A DNA stretch of 64,000 nt from Isurus oxyrinchus (GCA_026770705.1 JANJGN010000323.1:558001-622000), one strand, 5' to 3'; shown: positions 26,701-39,723, counted from the first letter of the stretch. Program-made: numbers and translations. Notes: a model not told the origin generated them from the letters alone.

Positions 26701-29700
26701 CCTGTTACACAGGAACAGGAGGAGGTCCATTCAGCCCCCTCAAGCCTGTTACACTGGAACAGGAGGAGGCCCATTCAGCCCCCTCGAGCTTGTTACACAG
26801 GAACCGGAGGAGGCCCATTCAGTCCCTCAAGCCTGTTACACAGAAACAGGAGGAGGCCCATTCAGCCCCCTCGAGCTTGTTACACAGGAACAGGAGGAGG
26901 TCCATTCAGCCCCCCTGAGACTGTTACACAGGAACAGGAGGAGGCCATTCAGCCCCTCAAGCCTGTTACACAGGAACAGGAGGAGGCCCATTCAGCTCCT
27001 CAAGCTTGTTGTAATAGAAGAGGAGGAGGCCTACTCATCCAAACGAGGCTTTTACACAAGAACAAGTGGAGGTCCATTCAGCCCCTCAGCCCTGTTACAC
27101 AATAACAGGAGAACCATTCTTTCCCTCAAGCCTGTTACACAGGAACAGGAGGAGGCCCATTCAGCCCCTCGAGCCTGTTACACAGGAACAGGACAACCAT
27201 TCATTCCCTCGAGACTGTTACACAGGAACAGGAGGAGGCCCATTCAGCCCCTCGAGCCTGTTACACAGGAACAGGAGGAGGCCCGTTCAGTCCCTCGAGC
27301 CTGTTACACAGGAACAGGAGGAGGCCCATTCAGCCCCCTTGAACCTGTTACACAGGAACAGGAAGAGGCCCATTCACTCCCCTTGAGCCTGTTACACAGG
27401 AACAGGAGGAGGCCCATTCAGCCGCTCAAGCCTGTTACACAGGAACAGTAGGAGGCCCATTCAGTCGCTCGAGCCTGTTACACAGGAACTGGAGGAGGCC
27501 CATTCAGCCCCTCAAGCTTGTTTCAGGAGAAGAGGCGGAGTCCCACTCAGCCCCTCGTGGCTTTTACACTGGAACAAGTGGAGGACCACTCAGCCCCTCA
27601 AACCTGTTACACAGGAACAGGAGTGCCATTCATTCCCGCGAGCCTGTTACACAGGAACAGGAGGAGGTCCATTCAGTCCCTCGAGCCTGTTACACAGGAA
27701 CAGGAGGAGGCCCATTCAGTCCCTCGAGTCTGTTACACAGGAACAGGAGGAAGCCCATTCAGCCCCCTCGAGCCTGTTACACAGGAACAGGAAGAGGCCC
27801 ATTCAGTCCCCTTGACCCTGTTACAAAGGAACAGGAGGAGGCCCATTCAGCCCCTCAAGCCTGTTACACAGGAACAGGAGGAGGCCCATTCAGCCCCTCA
27901 AGCCTGTTACACAGGAACAGGAGGAGGCCCATTCAGCCCCTCAAGCCTGTTACACAGGAAAAGGAGGAGGCCCATTCAGCCCCTCAAGCCTGTTACACAG
28001 GAACAGGAGGAGGCCCATTTGCCTCATGAGCCTGTTACACAGGAACAAGTGGAGGTCCACTTAGCCCCTCAACCATGTTACACAGTAACAGGAGAACCAT
28101 TCAGTCCCTCGAGTCTGTTACACAGGAACAGGAGGAGGCCCATTCAGCCCCTTGACCCTGTTACACAGGAACAGGAGGAGGCCCATTCAGTCCCCTTGAC
28201 CCTGTTACACAGGAACAGGAGGAGGTCCATTCAGCCCCTCAAGCCTGTTACACAGGAACAGGAGGAGGCCCATTCAGCTCCTCAAGCTTGTTGTAATAGA
28301 AGAGGAGGTGGCCTACTCATCCAAACGAGGCTTTTACACAAGAACAAGTGGAGGCCCACTCAGCCCCTCAGCCCTGTTACACAGTAACAGGAGAACCATT
28401 TATTCCCTCAAGCCTGTTATACAGGAACAGGAGAACCATTCAGCCCCTCGATCCTGTTACACAGGAACAGGAGGAGGCCCATTCAACCCCCTCGACCCTG
28501 TTACACAGGAACAAGAAGAGGCCCATTCAGCCCCCTCGAGCCTGTTACACAGGAACAGGATGAGGTCCATTCAGCCCCTCGAGCCTGTTTCAAAAGAACA
28601 GGAGGAGGCCCATTTGTCTCCACGAACCTGTTACTTAGGAACAGGAGGAGGCCCATTTGCCTCATGAGCCTGTTACACAGGAACAAGTGGAGGTCCACTT
28701 AGCCCCTCAACCATGTTACACAGTAACAGGAGAACCATTCATTTCCTCGAGACTGTTACACAGGAACAGGAGGAGGCCCATTCAGCCCCGCGAGCCTGTT
28801 ACACAGGAACAGCACAAACATTCATTCCCTCGAGACTGTTACACAGGAACAGGAGGAAGCCCATTCAGTACCTCGAGTCTGTTACACAGGAACAGGAAGA
28901 GGCCCATTCAGTCCCTCGAACCTGCTACACAGGAACATGAGACCCATTCAATCCCATCAAGCCTGTTACACAGCAACAGGAGGAGGCCCATTCAGCCCCT
29001 CAAGCTTGTTTCAGGAGAAGAGGCGGAGTCCCACTCAGCCCCTCGTGGCTTTTACACTGGAACAAGTGGAGGACCACTCAGCCCCTCAAACCTGTTACAC
29101 AGGAACAGGAGAGCCATTCATTCCCGCAAGCCTGTTACACAGGAACAGGAGGAGGTCCATTCAGTCCCTCAAGCCTGTTACACAGAAACAGGAGGAGGCC
29201 CATTCAGCCCCCTCGAGCTTGTTACACAGGAACAGGAGGAGGTCCATTCAGCCCCCCTGAGACTGTTACACAGGAACAGGAGGAGGCCATTCAGCCCCTC
29301 AAGCCTGTTACACAGGAACAGGAGGAGGCCCATTCAGCTCCTCAAGCTTGTTGTAATAGAAGAGGAGGAGGCCTACTCATCCAAACGAGGCTTTTACACA
29401 AGAACAAGTGGAGGTCCATTCAGCCCCTCAGCCCTGTTACACAATAACAGGAGAACCATTCTTTCCCTCAAGCCTGATACACAGGAACAGGAGGAGGCCC
29501 ATTCAGCCCCTCGAGCCTGTTACACAGGAACAGGACAACCATTCATTCCCTCGAGACTGTTACACAGGAACAGGAGGAGGCCCATTCAGCCCCTCGAGCC
29601 TGTTACACAGGAACAGGAGGAGGCCCGTTCAGTCCCTCAAGCCTGTTACACAGGAACAGGAGGAGGCCCATTCAGCCCCCTTGAACCTGTTACACAGGAA

Positions 29701-32243
29701 CAGGAAGAGGCCCATTCAGTCCCCTTGACCCTGTTACACAGGAACAGGAGGAGGCCCATTCAGCCCCTCAAGCCTGTTACACAGGAACAGGAGGAGGCCC
29801 ATTCAGCCCCTCGAGCCTGTTACACAGGAACAGGAGGAGGCCCATTCAGTCCCTTGAACCTGTTACACAGGAACATGAGACCCATTCAATCCCATCAAGC
29901 CTGTTACACAGGAACTGGAGGAGGCCCATTCAGCCCCTCAAGCTTGTTTCAGGAGAAGAGGCGGAGTCCCACTCAGCCCCTCGTGGCTTTTACACTGGAA
30001 CAAGTGGAGGACCACTCAGCCCCTCAACCCTGTTACACAGGAACAGGAGAACCATTCTTTCCCTCAAGCCTGATACACAGGAACAGGAGGAGGCCCATTC
30101 AGCCCCTCGAGCCTGTTACACAGGAACAGGAGGAGGTCCATTCAGTCCCTCAAGCCTGTTACACAGAAACAGGAGGAGGCCCATTCAGCCCCCTCGAGCC
30201 TGTTACACAGGAACAGGAGGAGGCCCATTCAGCCCCCCTGAGACTGTTACACAGGAACAGGAGAACCATTCAGTCCCTCGAGACTGTTACACAGGAACAG
30301 GAGGAGGCCCATTCAGTCCCTCGACCCTGTTACACAGGAACTGGTGGAGGCCCATTCTGTTCGTTGGGGCCTGTTACTCAGGAACATGAGACCCATTAAG
30401 TCTCATCAAGCATGTTACACAGGAACTGGAGTAGGCCCCTTCAGCCCATCAAGCTTGTTTCAAGCAAAGAGGAGGAAGCCCACTCAGCCCCTCGAGGCTT
30501 TTACACAAGAACAAGTGGAGGTCCACTCAGCCCCTCAACCCTGTTACACAGTAACAGGAGAACCATTCATTCCCTCAAGCCTGTTATGCAGGAACAGGAG
30601 GAGGTCCATTCAGCCCCCTCGAGCCTGTTACACAGGAACAGGAGGAGGTCCATTCAGCCCCCTCAAGCCTGTTACACTGGAACAGGAGGAGGCCCATTCA
30701 GCCCCCCTCGAGCCTGTTACACTGGAACCGGAGGAGGCCCATTCAGTCCCTCGAGCCTGTTACACAGGAACAGGAGGAGGCCCATTCAGTCCCTCGAGCC
30801 TGTTACACAGAAACAGGAGGAGGTCCATTCAGTCCCTCAAGCCTGTTACACAGAAACAGGAGGAGGCCCATTCAGCCCCCTCGAGCTTGTTACACAGGAA
30901 CAGGAGGAGGTCCATTCAGCCCCCCTGAGACTGTTACACAGGAACAGGAGGAGGCCATTCAGCCCCTCAAGCCTGTTACACAGGAACAGGAGGAGGCCCA
31001 TTCAGCTCCTCAAGCTTGTTGTAATAGAAGAGGAGGAGGCCTACTCATCCAAACGAGGCTTTTACACAAGAACAAGTGGAGGTCCATTCAGCCCCTCAGC
31101 CCTGTTACACAATAACAGGAGAACCATTCTTTCCCTCAAGCCTGATACACAGGAACAGGAGGAGGCCCATTCAGCCCCTCGAGCCTGTTACACAGGAACA
31201 GGACAACCATTCATTCCCTCGAGACTGTTACACAGGAACAGGAGGAGGCCCATTCAGCCCCTCGAGCCTGTTACACAGGAACAGGAGGAGGCCCATTCAG
31301 CCCCTCGAGACTGTTACACAGGAACAGGAGGAGGCCCATTCAGCCCCTCGAGCCTGTTACACAGGAACAGGTGGAGGCCCGTTCAGTCCCTCGAGCCTGT
31401 TACACAGGAACAGGAGGAGGCCCATTCAGCCCCCTTGAACCTGTTACACAGGAACAGGAAGAGGCCCATTCACTCCCCTTGACCCTGTTACAGAGGAACA
31501 GGAGGAGGCCCATTCAGCCCCTCAAGCCTGTTACACAGGAACAGGAGGAGGCCCATTCAGTCGCTCGAGCCTGTTACACAGGAACTGGTGGAGACCCATT
31601 CAGCCCCTCAAGCTTGTTTCAGGTGAAGAGGCGGAGTCCCACTCAGCCCCTCGTGGCTTTTACACTGGAACAAGTGGAGGACCACTCAGCCCCTCAACCC
31701 TGTTACACAGGAACAGGAGAGCCATTCATTCCCGCAATGCTGTTACACAGGAACAGGAGCAGGTCCATTCAGCCCCCTCGAGCTTGTTACACAGGAACAG
31801 GAGGAGGCCCATTCAGTCCCTCGAGCCTGTTACACAGGAACAGGAGGAGGCCCGTTCAGCCCCCTTGAGCCTGTTACACAGGAACAGCAGGAGGTCCATT
31901 CAGCCCCTCAACCCTGTTACACAGGAACAGGAGGAGGTCCATTCAGTCCCTCAAGCCTGTTACACAGAAACAGGAGGAGGCCCATTCAGCCCCCTCGAGC
32001 TGGTTACACAGTAACAGGAGGAGGTCCATTTAGTCCCAGGAGCCTGTTATACGGGAACAAGAGGAGGCCCATTCAGCCCCCTCGAGCCTGTTGCACAGGA
32101 ACAGGAGGAGGCCCATTCATCTCCCTGAACATGTTACACAGGAACAGGAGGCCCATTCAGCCCCTTGCCCCTCTGACACAGGAACAGGAGGCCCATTCAG
32201 CCCCTTGCCCCTCTGACACAGGAACAGGAGGAGGCCCATTCAG
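17703..32243. repeat. ~14.5-kb satellite of a ~43-bp unit (CCTGTTACACAGGAACAGGAGGAGGCCCATTCAGCCCCTCGAG) with higher-order structure
   Basis: Several hundred tandem 40-44-bp units; variant blocks recur at kb spacing. Confidence 0.97.
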
Positions 32244-32790
32244 CAGTCCCTCAGAACTGACACTCTGACAGTGCGGCACTCCCTCAGTACTGACAATCTG
32301 ACAGTGCAGCACTCCCTCAGTACTGACCTTCCGACAGTGCAGCACTCCCTCAGTACTGACCCTCTGACAGTGCAGCACTCCCTCAGTACTGACCTTCCGA
32401 CAGTGCAGCACTCCCTCAGTACTGACCGTCTGACAGTGCAGCACTCCCTCAGTACTGAACCTCTGACCGTGCAGCGCTTCCTCAGTACTGACCCTATGAC
32501 AGTGCAGCACTCACTCAGTACTGACCTTCTGACAGTGCAGCACTCCCTCAGTACTGACCCTCTGACAGTGCAGCACTCCCTCAGTACTGACCCTCTGACA
32601 GTGCAGCCCTCTCTCAGTACTGACACTCTGACAGTACAGCCCTCTCTCAGTATTGACCATACGACAGTGCAGCATTCCCTCAGTACTGACCCTCTGACAG
32701 TGCAGCACTGCCTCAGCACTGACCCTCTGACAGTGCAGCACTGCCTCAGTACTGACCCTCTGACAATGCAGCACTCCCTCAGCACTCCCT
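32244..32790 (-). repeat. 33-bp minisatellite array, right flank of the large satellite
   Basis: Same unit and orientation as 17165-17702. Confidence 0.95.
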
Positions 32791-32854
32791 TACTGGGGAG
32801 AATCTGCCTGAGTTTTGAGCTGAAATCATGAGCAGGTCTTAAATCCTTCCGTAT

Positions 32855-34040
32855 CAGAGAGAGAGAGAGTGTCTGAGAGAGAGAGAGAGTGAGAGACAGA
32901 GAGACTGTGTGAGAGAGAAAAAGAAATAGAGAGAGTGTGTGCGTGTATGAGGGAGAGTGTGTGTGCGTGAGAGAGAATGTGTGTGTGTGAGGGAGAGAGT
33001 GTGGGTGAGAGAGAGTGTGTGTGTGAGAGAGTGTGTGTGAGAGAGAATGTGTGTGTGAGAGAGAGAGAGATAGAGCAGAAGAGTGTGATAGAGAGAGATT
33101 GTGAGTGTTAGAGAGAGAATGTGTGTGTGTGAGAGAGAGAGAGAGCAGAAGAGTGCGATAGAGAGAGGTTGTGAGTGTTAGAGAGAGAATGTGTGTGTGT
33201 GAGAGAGAGAGAGAGCAGAAGAGTGTGATCGAGAGAGATTGAGTGTTAGAGAGAGAATGTGTGTGTGTGTGAGAGAGAGAGAGATAGAGCAGAAGAGTGT
33301 GATAGAGAGAGATTGTGAGTGTTAGAGAGAGAATGTGTGTGTGTGAGAGAGAGATAGAGCAGAAGAGTGTGATAGAGAGAGATTGTGAGTGTTAGAGAGA
33401 GAATGTGTGTGTGTGAGAGAGAGAGAGATAGAGCAGAAGAGTGTGATCGAGAGAGATTGAGTGTTAGAGAGAGAATGTGTGTGTGTGTGATAGAGAGAGA
33501 GATAGAGCAGAAGAGTGTGATAGAGAGAGATTGTGAGTGTTAGAGAGAGAATGTGTGTGTGTGAGAGAGAGAGAGAGATAGAGCAGAAGAGTGTGATAGA
33601 GAGAGATTGTGAGTGTTAGAGAGAAGGTGTGTGTGTGAGACAGAGAGATAGAGCAGAAGAGTGCGATAGAGAGAGATTGTGAGTGTTAGAGAGAGAATGT
33701 GTGTGTGAGAGAGAGAGATAGAGCAGAAGAGTGTGATAGAGAGAGATTGTGAGTGTTAGAGAGAGAATGTGTGTGTGTGTGAGAGAGAGAGATAGAGCAG
33801 AAGAGAGCGATAGAGAGAGATTGTGAGTGTTAGAGAGAGAATGTGTGTGTGTGAGAGAGAGAGAGATAGAGCAGGAGAGTGTGATAGAGAGAGATTGTGA
33901 GTGTTAGAGAGAGAATGTGTGTGTGAGAGAGAGAGATAGAGCAGAAGAGTGTGATAGAGAGAGATTGTGAGTGTTAGAGAGAGAATGTGTGTGTGTGTGA
34001 GAGAGATAGAGCAGAAGAGTGCGATAGATAGAGATTGTGA
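32855..34040. repeat. Compound GA/GT minisatellite (~60-70-bp unit with gagcagaagagtgtgatagagagagattgtgagtgttag)
   Basis: About 15 tandem units with variable dinucleotide tracts. Confidence 0.92.
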
Positions 34041-34308
34041 GGACTAAACTCACTGAGAGAAAAAGCTGGACACCGAGCACAGAGAGTGAGGGAACAATGA
34101 ATTTTTGCCGTGTTTGGTGAATCGATTTGCGATGTCCATTCTGAATCTCTCCTTCCTTGTCTTGACATTACTTTATTCCCAGGGGCTGTTTAACTCACTG
34201 AAAGGTGCCATTTAAACACAAGTTGTTGTTGTTTGAGGAAGAAACACTGGGGACAATTTCTGAAAAAGTCTCTGTCTTTATCATTTCCATTTAGATGAGG
34301 AACTGAAG

Positions 34309-34354
34309 ATGGGAGAGGTCGGTCTGATATTGATCTTCATCAGCTTGCTGCAAG
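34309..34354 (+). CDS. Gene 2: signal-peptide exon
   Basis: Acceptor at 34294; ATG in good context (AAGATGG); MGEVGLILIFISLLQ+G|GTACAA, phase 1. A short uORF (ATGAGGAACTGA) lies at 34295-34306. Confidence 0.75.
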
Positions 34355-34529
34355 GTACAAATTCATTACTGATCGGAACTCAGGGAATTGGATTCTTTCC
34401 TGGAGTGAGGAAGTGAGGATGTTTCAGAGATAGGGAAGGTTGTAGGGAGGGTTGTAGGAGATGGAGGAGGTTACAGAGTTAGGGAGTGTTGCAGGGGCTG
34501 GAGGAGGTTACAGAGAGAGGGAGGGGAGC

Positions 34530-34745
34530 ACTGCCTCAGTACTGATACTCCGAACGTCCAGCACACCATCAGTACTGACCATCAGACAGTGCAGCACTCC
34601 CTCATTACTGACCCACCGACAGTCCAGCACTCCCTCAGTACTGACCCTCTGACATTGCAGCACTCCCTCAGTACTGACCCTCCGACAGTGCAGCACTCCC
34701 TCAGTACTGATCTTCCAACAGTGCAGCACTCCCTCAGCACTCCCT
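34530..34745 (-). repeat. Short 33-bp minisatellite array
   Basis: Same unit; starts the block duplicated from ~14.8-15.8 kb. Confidence 0.9.
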
Positions 34746-35494
34746 CACTGGGGCGAGTCCATCCGCATTTTGAGCTGAAACCTTGAGATGGTCTCAAAAC
34801 CCCAACCTTCCATCTCGGAGAGAGAGAGTGCGTTTGTGTGAGAGAGAGAGACAATGTATGTGTGAGAGACTGAGAGTGTGTATGTGTGAGAGAGCAAAAG
34901 AGAGTTAGAGTGTGTGTGCATGAGAGAGGGAGGTAGCTTGTGTGTGTAAGAGAGAGAGCGTGTGTGAGAGAAAGAGAATGTCTATGTGAGAGTGAGAGTG
35001 AGTTTATCTGTGAGAGATAAAGGTAATGAGAGAATGTGTGTGTGAGATAGTGTGTTTGTGAAAGAGCGTGTGTGTGATAGTGTGTTTGTGTATGTGAGAG
35101 TGTGTGTGTGAGATCGTGTGTGTGTGTGTTTGAGAGAGGGTGTGTGTGTTTGAGAGAGAGGGTGATTGTGCGTTTGAGAGAGGGAGTGAGAGAGAACATG
35201 TGTGTGAGAGAGAGTGTGCGTGTGTATGTGTGTGCGTGAAAGAGAAAGTGTTTGTGCAAAAGAGTGTGTGTTTGAGAGTATGTGTGCATGTGTGAGTGTG
35301 CATCTGTGTGTGTGTGTGTGTGTGTGTGCATTCTGACTGAGCCGAGTTCACAGTTTCACACGTTGCTAGGGACCACTTTTCCACCTCTCTGTCAGACTGT
35401 GTGTATCTGACAGCAGGTCAGGCAGAAATAGTCCAGAATGCGCTGTGGTTTTGTAGCATTGAAACAACAACATGAACTAAATGAGTGCTGCACC

Positions 35495-35553
35495 ACTATC
35501 AGTGTGTGGCAGAGAATGAGCGTTGGAGGGATTTATAACCATCTCTGTAGAAC
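35495..35553 (+). pseudogene. Gene 2: 3' remnant of a C2-set exon
   Basis: actatcagtgtgtggcagagaatga...atttataaccatctctgtagaac|gtgagt matches the end of the C2 exons (YQCVAENE...FITISVE); no acceptor, internal deletion. Confidence 0.8.
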
Positions 35554-35594
35554 GTGAGTTACACAGAATTGAACATTCTCTCGTTGTTAGCTCA

Positions 35595-36625
35595 TGGGAT
35601 GTGGGCATTGTTGACAAGGCCAGAAATTATTGCCCATCTGTAACTGCCCCTTGAGAAGGTGGTGGTGTGTTGCCTTCTTTAAGCACTGCAGTCCATGTGT
35701 GTAGGTACACCCACAGTGCTGTTAGGGTGGGAGTTCCAGGATTTTGACCCAGCGACGGTGAAGGAACAGCCGATATATTTCCAAGTCCCAGGGCAGACCA
35801 CCACCTCATGTTCACCTCCAAATCACACACCATACTGACTTGGAACTGTCTTGGTGGAAGAGGTTAAGGGTTTGGAAGGTGCTGTCGAAGGAGCCTTGGT
35901 GAGTTGTTGCAGCGCATCTTGTAGATGGTGCACACTGCTGCCATTGTGTGCCAGTGGTGGAGGGTATGAATGTTTATGCTGGTGGATGGGCTGTCGATCA
36001 AACAAGCAGCTCCTGGATGGTGTCGAGCTTCTTGAGTGTTGTTGGAGCTGCACTTATCCAGCCAAGTGGAGATTATTCCATCACACTCCTGACTTGTGCC
36101 TTGTCAATGGTGGACAGGCTTTGGGGGGTCAGGAGGTGAGTTACTCACCGCAGAGTTCCCAGCCTCTTACCCGCTCTTGTAGCCACATTATTTCCTGTTG
36201 CCGGGTTGTTGCCAGGGCCAATAGCCTTTGCTGTATCCAGTATCATCAGCTGATTCCTGATGTCACGTGGAGTCAATCGAATTGTCTGAAAGCTGACATC
36301 TGTGATGCTGGGACCCTCTGGAGGAGGCCGAGATGGAGCATCCACTCAGCACTTCTGGCTGAACCTGGTTGCCAATGCTTCAGCCTTGTCGTTTGCACTG
36401 ATGTGCTGAGCTCCCCCATCATTAAGGATGGGGATATTTGTGGAGCATCCTCCTCCTGTTAGATCTTTAATTGTCCATCACCATTCATGACTGGATGTGG
36501 CAGGACTGCAGAGCTTAGATCTGACCCGTTGGTTGTGGGATCGCTTTGCTCTGTCTATAGCATGTTGTTTCCGCTGTTTGGTGTGTATGTAGTCCTGTGT
36601 GTCACCTCAGCAGCTTGGCACCTCT
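35595..36625 (-). mobile_element. Degenerate LINE fragments, same family as 10241-11315
   Basis: Reverse complement matches the tail (gatgggcaataatttctggcct) and ORF2 C-terminal segments. Confidence 0.85.
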
Positions 36626-36816
36626 GTTATATGTGAATCCTCCTTATAGAAACCTGCATGTACATGGATATTATCAATAAATATTACATAGATAAATGTT
36701 ATTTGTATAGACCTTTCATGCATAGACAATATCACTTCACAAGTTCAGAATTACTACATGTACACAGGGAACCATTCTCAAACTGTACCGGAGTCATTCA
36801 TTGGCTGATTTTACAG

Positions 36817-36913
36817 GGCGAGATTCCAATGAATGGAAAGCAGGATTGCTTGGAGCTGGAATCTGTTTGAGTGTTGGACTGAGTGGATTCTTCATCTTCA
36901 AGTGTGTGAGAAA
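36817..36913 (+). CDS. Gene 2: transmembrane exon
   Basis: tttacag acceptor, GTAAGT donor, 97 nt like the gene 1 TM exon; RDSNEWKAGLLGAGICLSVGLSGFFIFKCVRK. Confidence 0.85.
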
Positions 36914-37224
36914 GTAAGTGTGAAGCTTTAATTGGTTGTTTTTGAAAATGTTTTCTTCAACCTTCTCTCCTTATAGAAAGAATTTGCATTTCTATAGCAC
37001 CTTTCACAACCCAAAACCCTTCACAGCCCCTGAAGAGCTTTGATGTTCAACCACTATTGAACATCTCATCCTACACTCCCTGTTTGACAACGCAGTCCTG
37101 TAACTGGCAGTGTTGACCCGGACCATAAAATACCCTGTGACCCCTTGAGGATGTGAAAGGTGCTATATAAATGAAAACCTTTCTTTCGTTAGTGCATGCA
37201 ATCTCATTCCATTTTCCATGTTTC

Positions 37225-37380
37225 ATTCACTCTCTCTTATCTCCACTAATGCTCTCCTCTCATTCTCTCTCTCATTCACTCTCTCTCTAATCTCCAATAA
37301 TGCTCTCCTTCTCATTCTCTCTCTCATTCACTCTCTCTCAAATCTCCACTAATGCTCTCCTTCTCATTCTCTCTCTCGTC
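37225..37380. repeat. Short CT-rich tandem repeat (~43-45 bp, 3-4 copies)
   Basis: cattcactctctct...atctccactaatgctctcc repeated. Confidence 0.75.
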
Positions 37381-37669
37381 CTCTTACACATTGTTCAGTA
37401 TCTCACATTTTTAAGGAGCGCTGAGCAACATCTGCTCCTTCAGAAGATCCACCTCAACATCTGGACTGAGCAGTGAATTGAAACTCGCTCAACGACTGTT
37501 CAGCTTTACACAGGAATCACGTCACAGAGTCAGGACACAAAGGGTTAACAGATAGTTTACAACACAACACTAAGGCCCTACGTTTCAATGAAAGGGTTTT
37601 CACAATTGTTCCCCAATTCCTGATTTTGTCTCACAGAGACACATCAACCCTTTCTCATTAAATACACAG

Positions 37670-37754
37670 AGGCAGCAGCACAGGAAGAGGTCATTCAGCC
37701 CAAGCAGAGCGTGTGGGCAGTTCCTCCCCAGGCGAGCAGTCGGACAGGTCCTGG
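37670..37754 (+). CDS. Gene 2: putative cytoplasmic exon 1 (85-nt shared exon)
   Basis: tacacag acceptor, TGG|GTAAGT donor; 1+84 nt gives the phase 2 to 0 bridge the gene needs; (K)GSSTGRGHSAQAERVGSSSPGEQSDRSW. Confidence 0.6.
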
Positions 37755-37954
37755 GTAAGTAACGGAACGATTGGAATTCACTTCCACCACCAACACCGTC
37801 CTTTGTTGATGTTGTGACTTTATAAAGACAGATTCCAATGATTGATGCCTTTGAAAGGTTTCTACTGATTATTGAGATCTGGGTGTGAGGCTCAAGTCTG
37901 TTGTACAGAACATCTTTCTGGTTAAATTATGCAGACAGGTTACACACAGTCTAC

Positions 37955-38197
37955 GATTATATTCCCTCGGGTCTAGAAGATTAAGGAGTGATCTAACTGA
38001 GGGGTTCAAAATGATTAAACACTCGATAGGGTCGATAGAGAGAAGCTATTCCCTCGGGTGGGGGTGGGTGGTGGGGGTCGGGTGAAGTCCAGAACAAGGG
38101 GGCTGGAACTTCAGATTGGAGCCAGGCCGTTCAGGGGTGATGTCAGGAAGCACTTCTTCACACAAAGGGGAGTGGAAATCTGGAACTCTCTCCCCAG
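37955..38197 (+). mobile_element. CR1 LINE 3' fragment
   Basis: LYSLGSRRLRSDL...; TRGLELQIGARPFRGDVRKHFFTQRGVEIWNSLP. Confidence 0.85.
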
Positions 38198-38265
38198 TGA
38201 TCAAACCCAACACCGAATACACATCATGTTGATTGTCACTCTGTCCATTTCCATCTCTATTACAG

Positions 38266-38370
38266 AAGAGAGGCGAGGGGAAAGCAGGAATCAAATCGAA
38301 CCACCGTGTTGATGAATATCGAGGTCCTGTTTATGAAAACTGTGAGCGTGGTTGGGCTTTGAGGAATCAG
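38266..38370 (+). CDS. Gene 2: cytoplasmic exon 2 (YENC)
   Basis: Pyrimidine tract + tacag acceptor, CAG|GTGAGT donor, phase 0/0; KRGEGKAGIKSNHRVDEYRGPVYENCERGWALRNQ. Confidence 0.75.
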
Positions 38371-38501
38371 GTGAGTCACACACCACAGGATCCCCAGCCT
38401 CTCAGCTGCTCCAGTAGCCTGGTTATTGATATGGCTGCTCCAGTCCTGTATCTGCAATTTTTTATACAGTCACTCCCAAACCCAACCAAACTCACACCCA
38501 A

Positions 38502-39625
38502 CACCGTTCAGAATCAATAATCAAACCCCGATCAGAATCAATAATCAAACCCCGTTCAGTATCAATAATCAAACCCCGTTCAGTATCAATAATCAAACCC
38601 CGTTCAGTATCAATAATCAAACCCCGTTCAGAATCAATAATCAAACCCCGTTCAGAATCAATAATCACACCCCGTTCAGTATCAATAATCAAACACCGTT
38701 CAGAATCAACAATCAAACCCCATTCAGTATCAATAATCAAACCCTGTTCAGTATCAATAATCAAACCCCGTTCAGTATCAATAATCAAACCCCGTTCAGT
38801 ATCAATAATCAAACCCCATTCACTATCAATAATCAAACCCCGTTCAGTATCAATAATCAAACCCCGTTCAGAATCAATAATCAAACCCCATTCAGAATCA
38901 GTAATCAAACCCCGTTCAGTATCAATAATCAAACCCCGTTCAGAATCAATATTCAAACCCCGTTCAGAATCAATATTCAAACCCCATTCAGTATCAATAT
39001 TCAAACCCCGTTCAGTATCAATAATCAAACCCCGTTCAGAATCAATAATCAAACCCCGTTCAGAATTAATAATCAAACCTCGTTCAGTATCAATAATCAA
39101 ACCCCTTTCAGAATCAATAATCAAACCCCGTTCAGAATCAATAATCAAACCCCGTTCAGTACCAATAATCAAACCCCGTTCAGTATCAATAATCAAACCC
39201 TCTTCAGAATCAATTATCAAACCCCGTTCAGTATCAATAATCAAACCCCATTCACAATCAATAATCAAACCCCGTTCAGTATCAATAATCAAACCCTGTT
39301 CAGAATCAATAATCAAACCCCGTTCAGAATCAATAATCAAACCCCATTCACAATCAATAATCAAACCCCGTTCAGTATCAATAATCAAACCCTGTTCAGA
39401 ATCAATAATCAAACCCCATTCAGAATCAATAATCAAACCCCATTCAGTATCAATAATCAAACCCCATTCAGAATCAATAATCAAACCCCGTTCAGAATCA
39501 ATAATCAAACCCTATTCACAATCAATAATCAAACCCCTTTCAGAATCAATAATCAAACCCCATTCACAATCAATAATCAAACCCCGTTCAGTATCAATAA
39601 TCAAACCCTGTTCAGTGTCAATAAT
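38502..39625. repeat. 24-bp minisatellite (ATCAATAATCAAACCCCGTTCAGW), ~47 units, intronic
   Basis: Direct tandem repeat; the INNQTPFS ORF is an artefact. Confidence 0.97.
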
Positions 39626-39723
39626 TAATGTATGTATTGTGGGTGGAATTTTCGATTTGGATCAATAATACTAAACACTGATCACTCTGATTGTCACTCT
39701 GATCATTTCTGTTTCTATTACAG

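Noticed and set aside
17717-32014. Dozens of Pro/Arg/Glu-rich ORFs, and a CRISPR-like look
   Set aside because: Products of the 43-bp satellite; units are head-to-tail with no unique spacers, no cas genes, and the context is eukaryotic.
38426-39628. 400-aa INNQTPFS repeat ORF (mucin/antifreeze-like)
   Set aside because: 24-bp minisatellite inside a gene 2 intron, with no suitable splice sites or start context.
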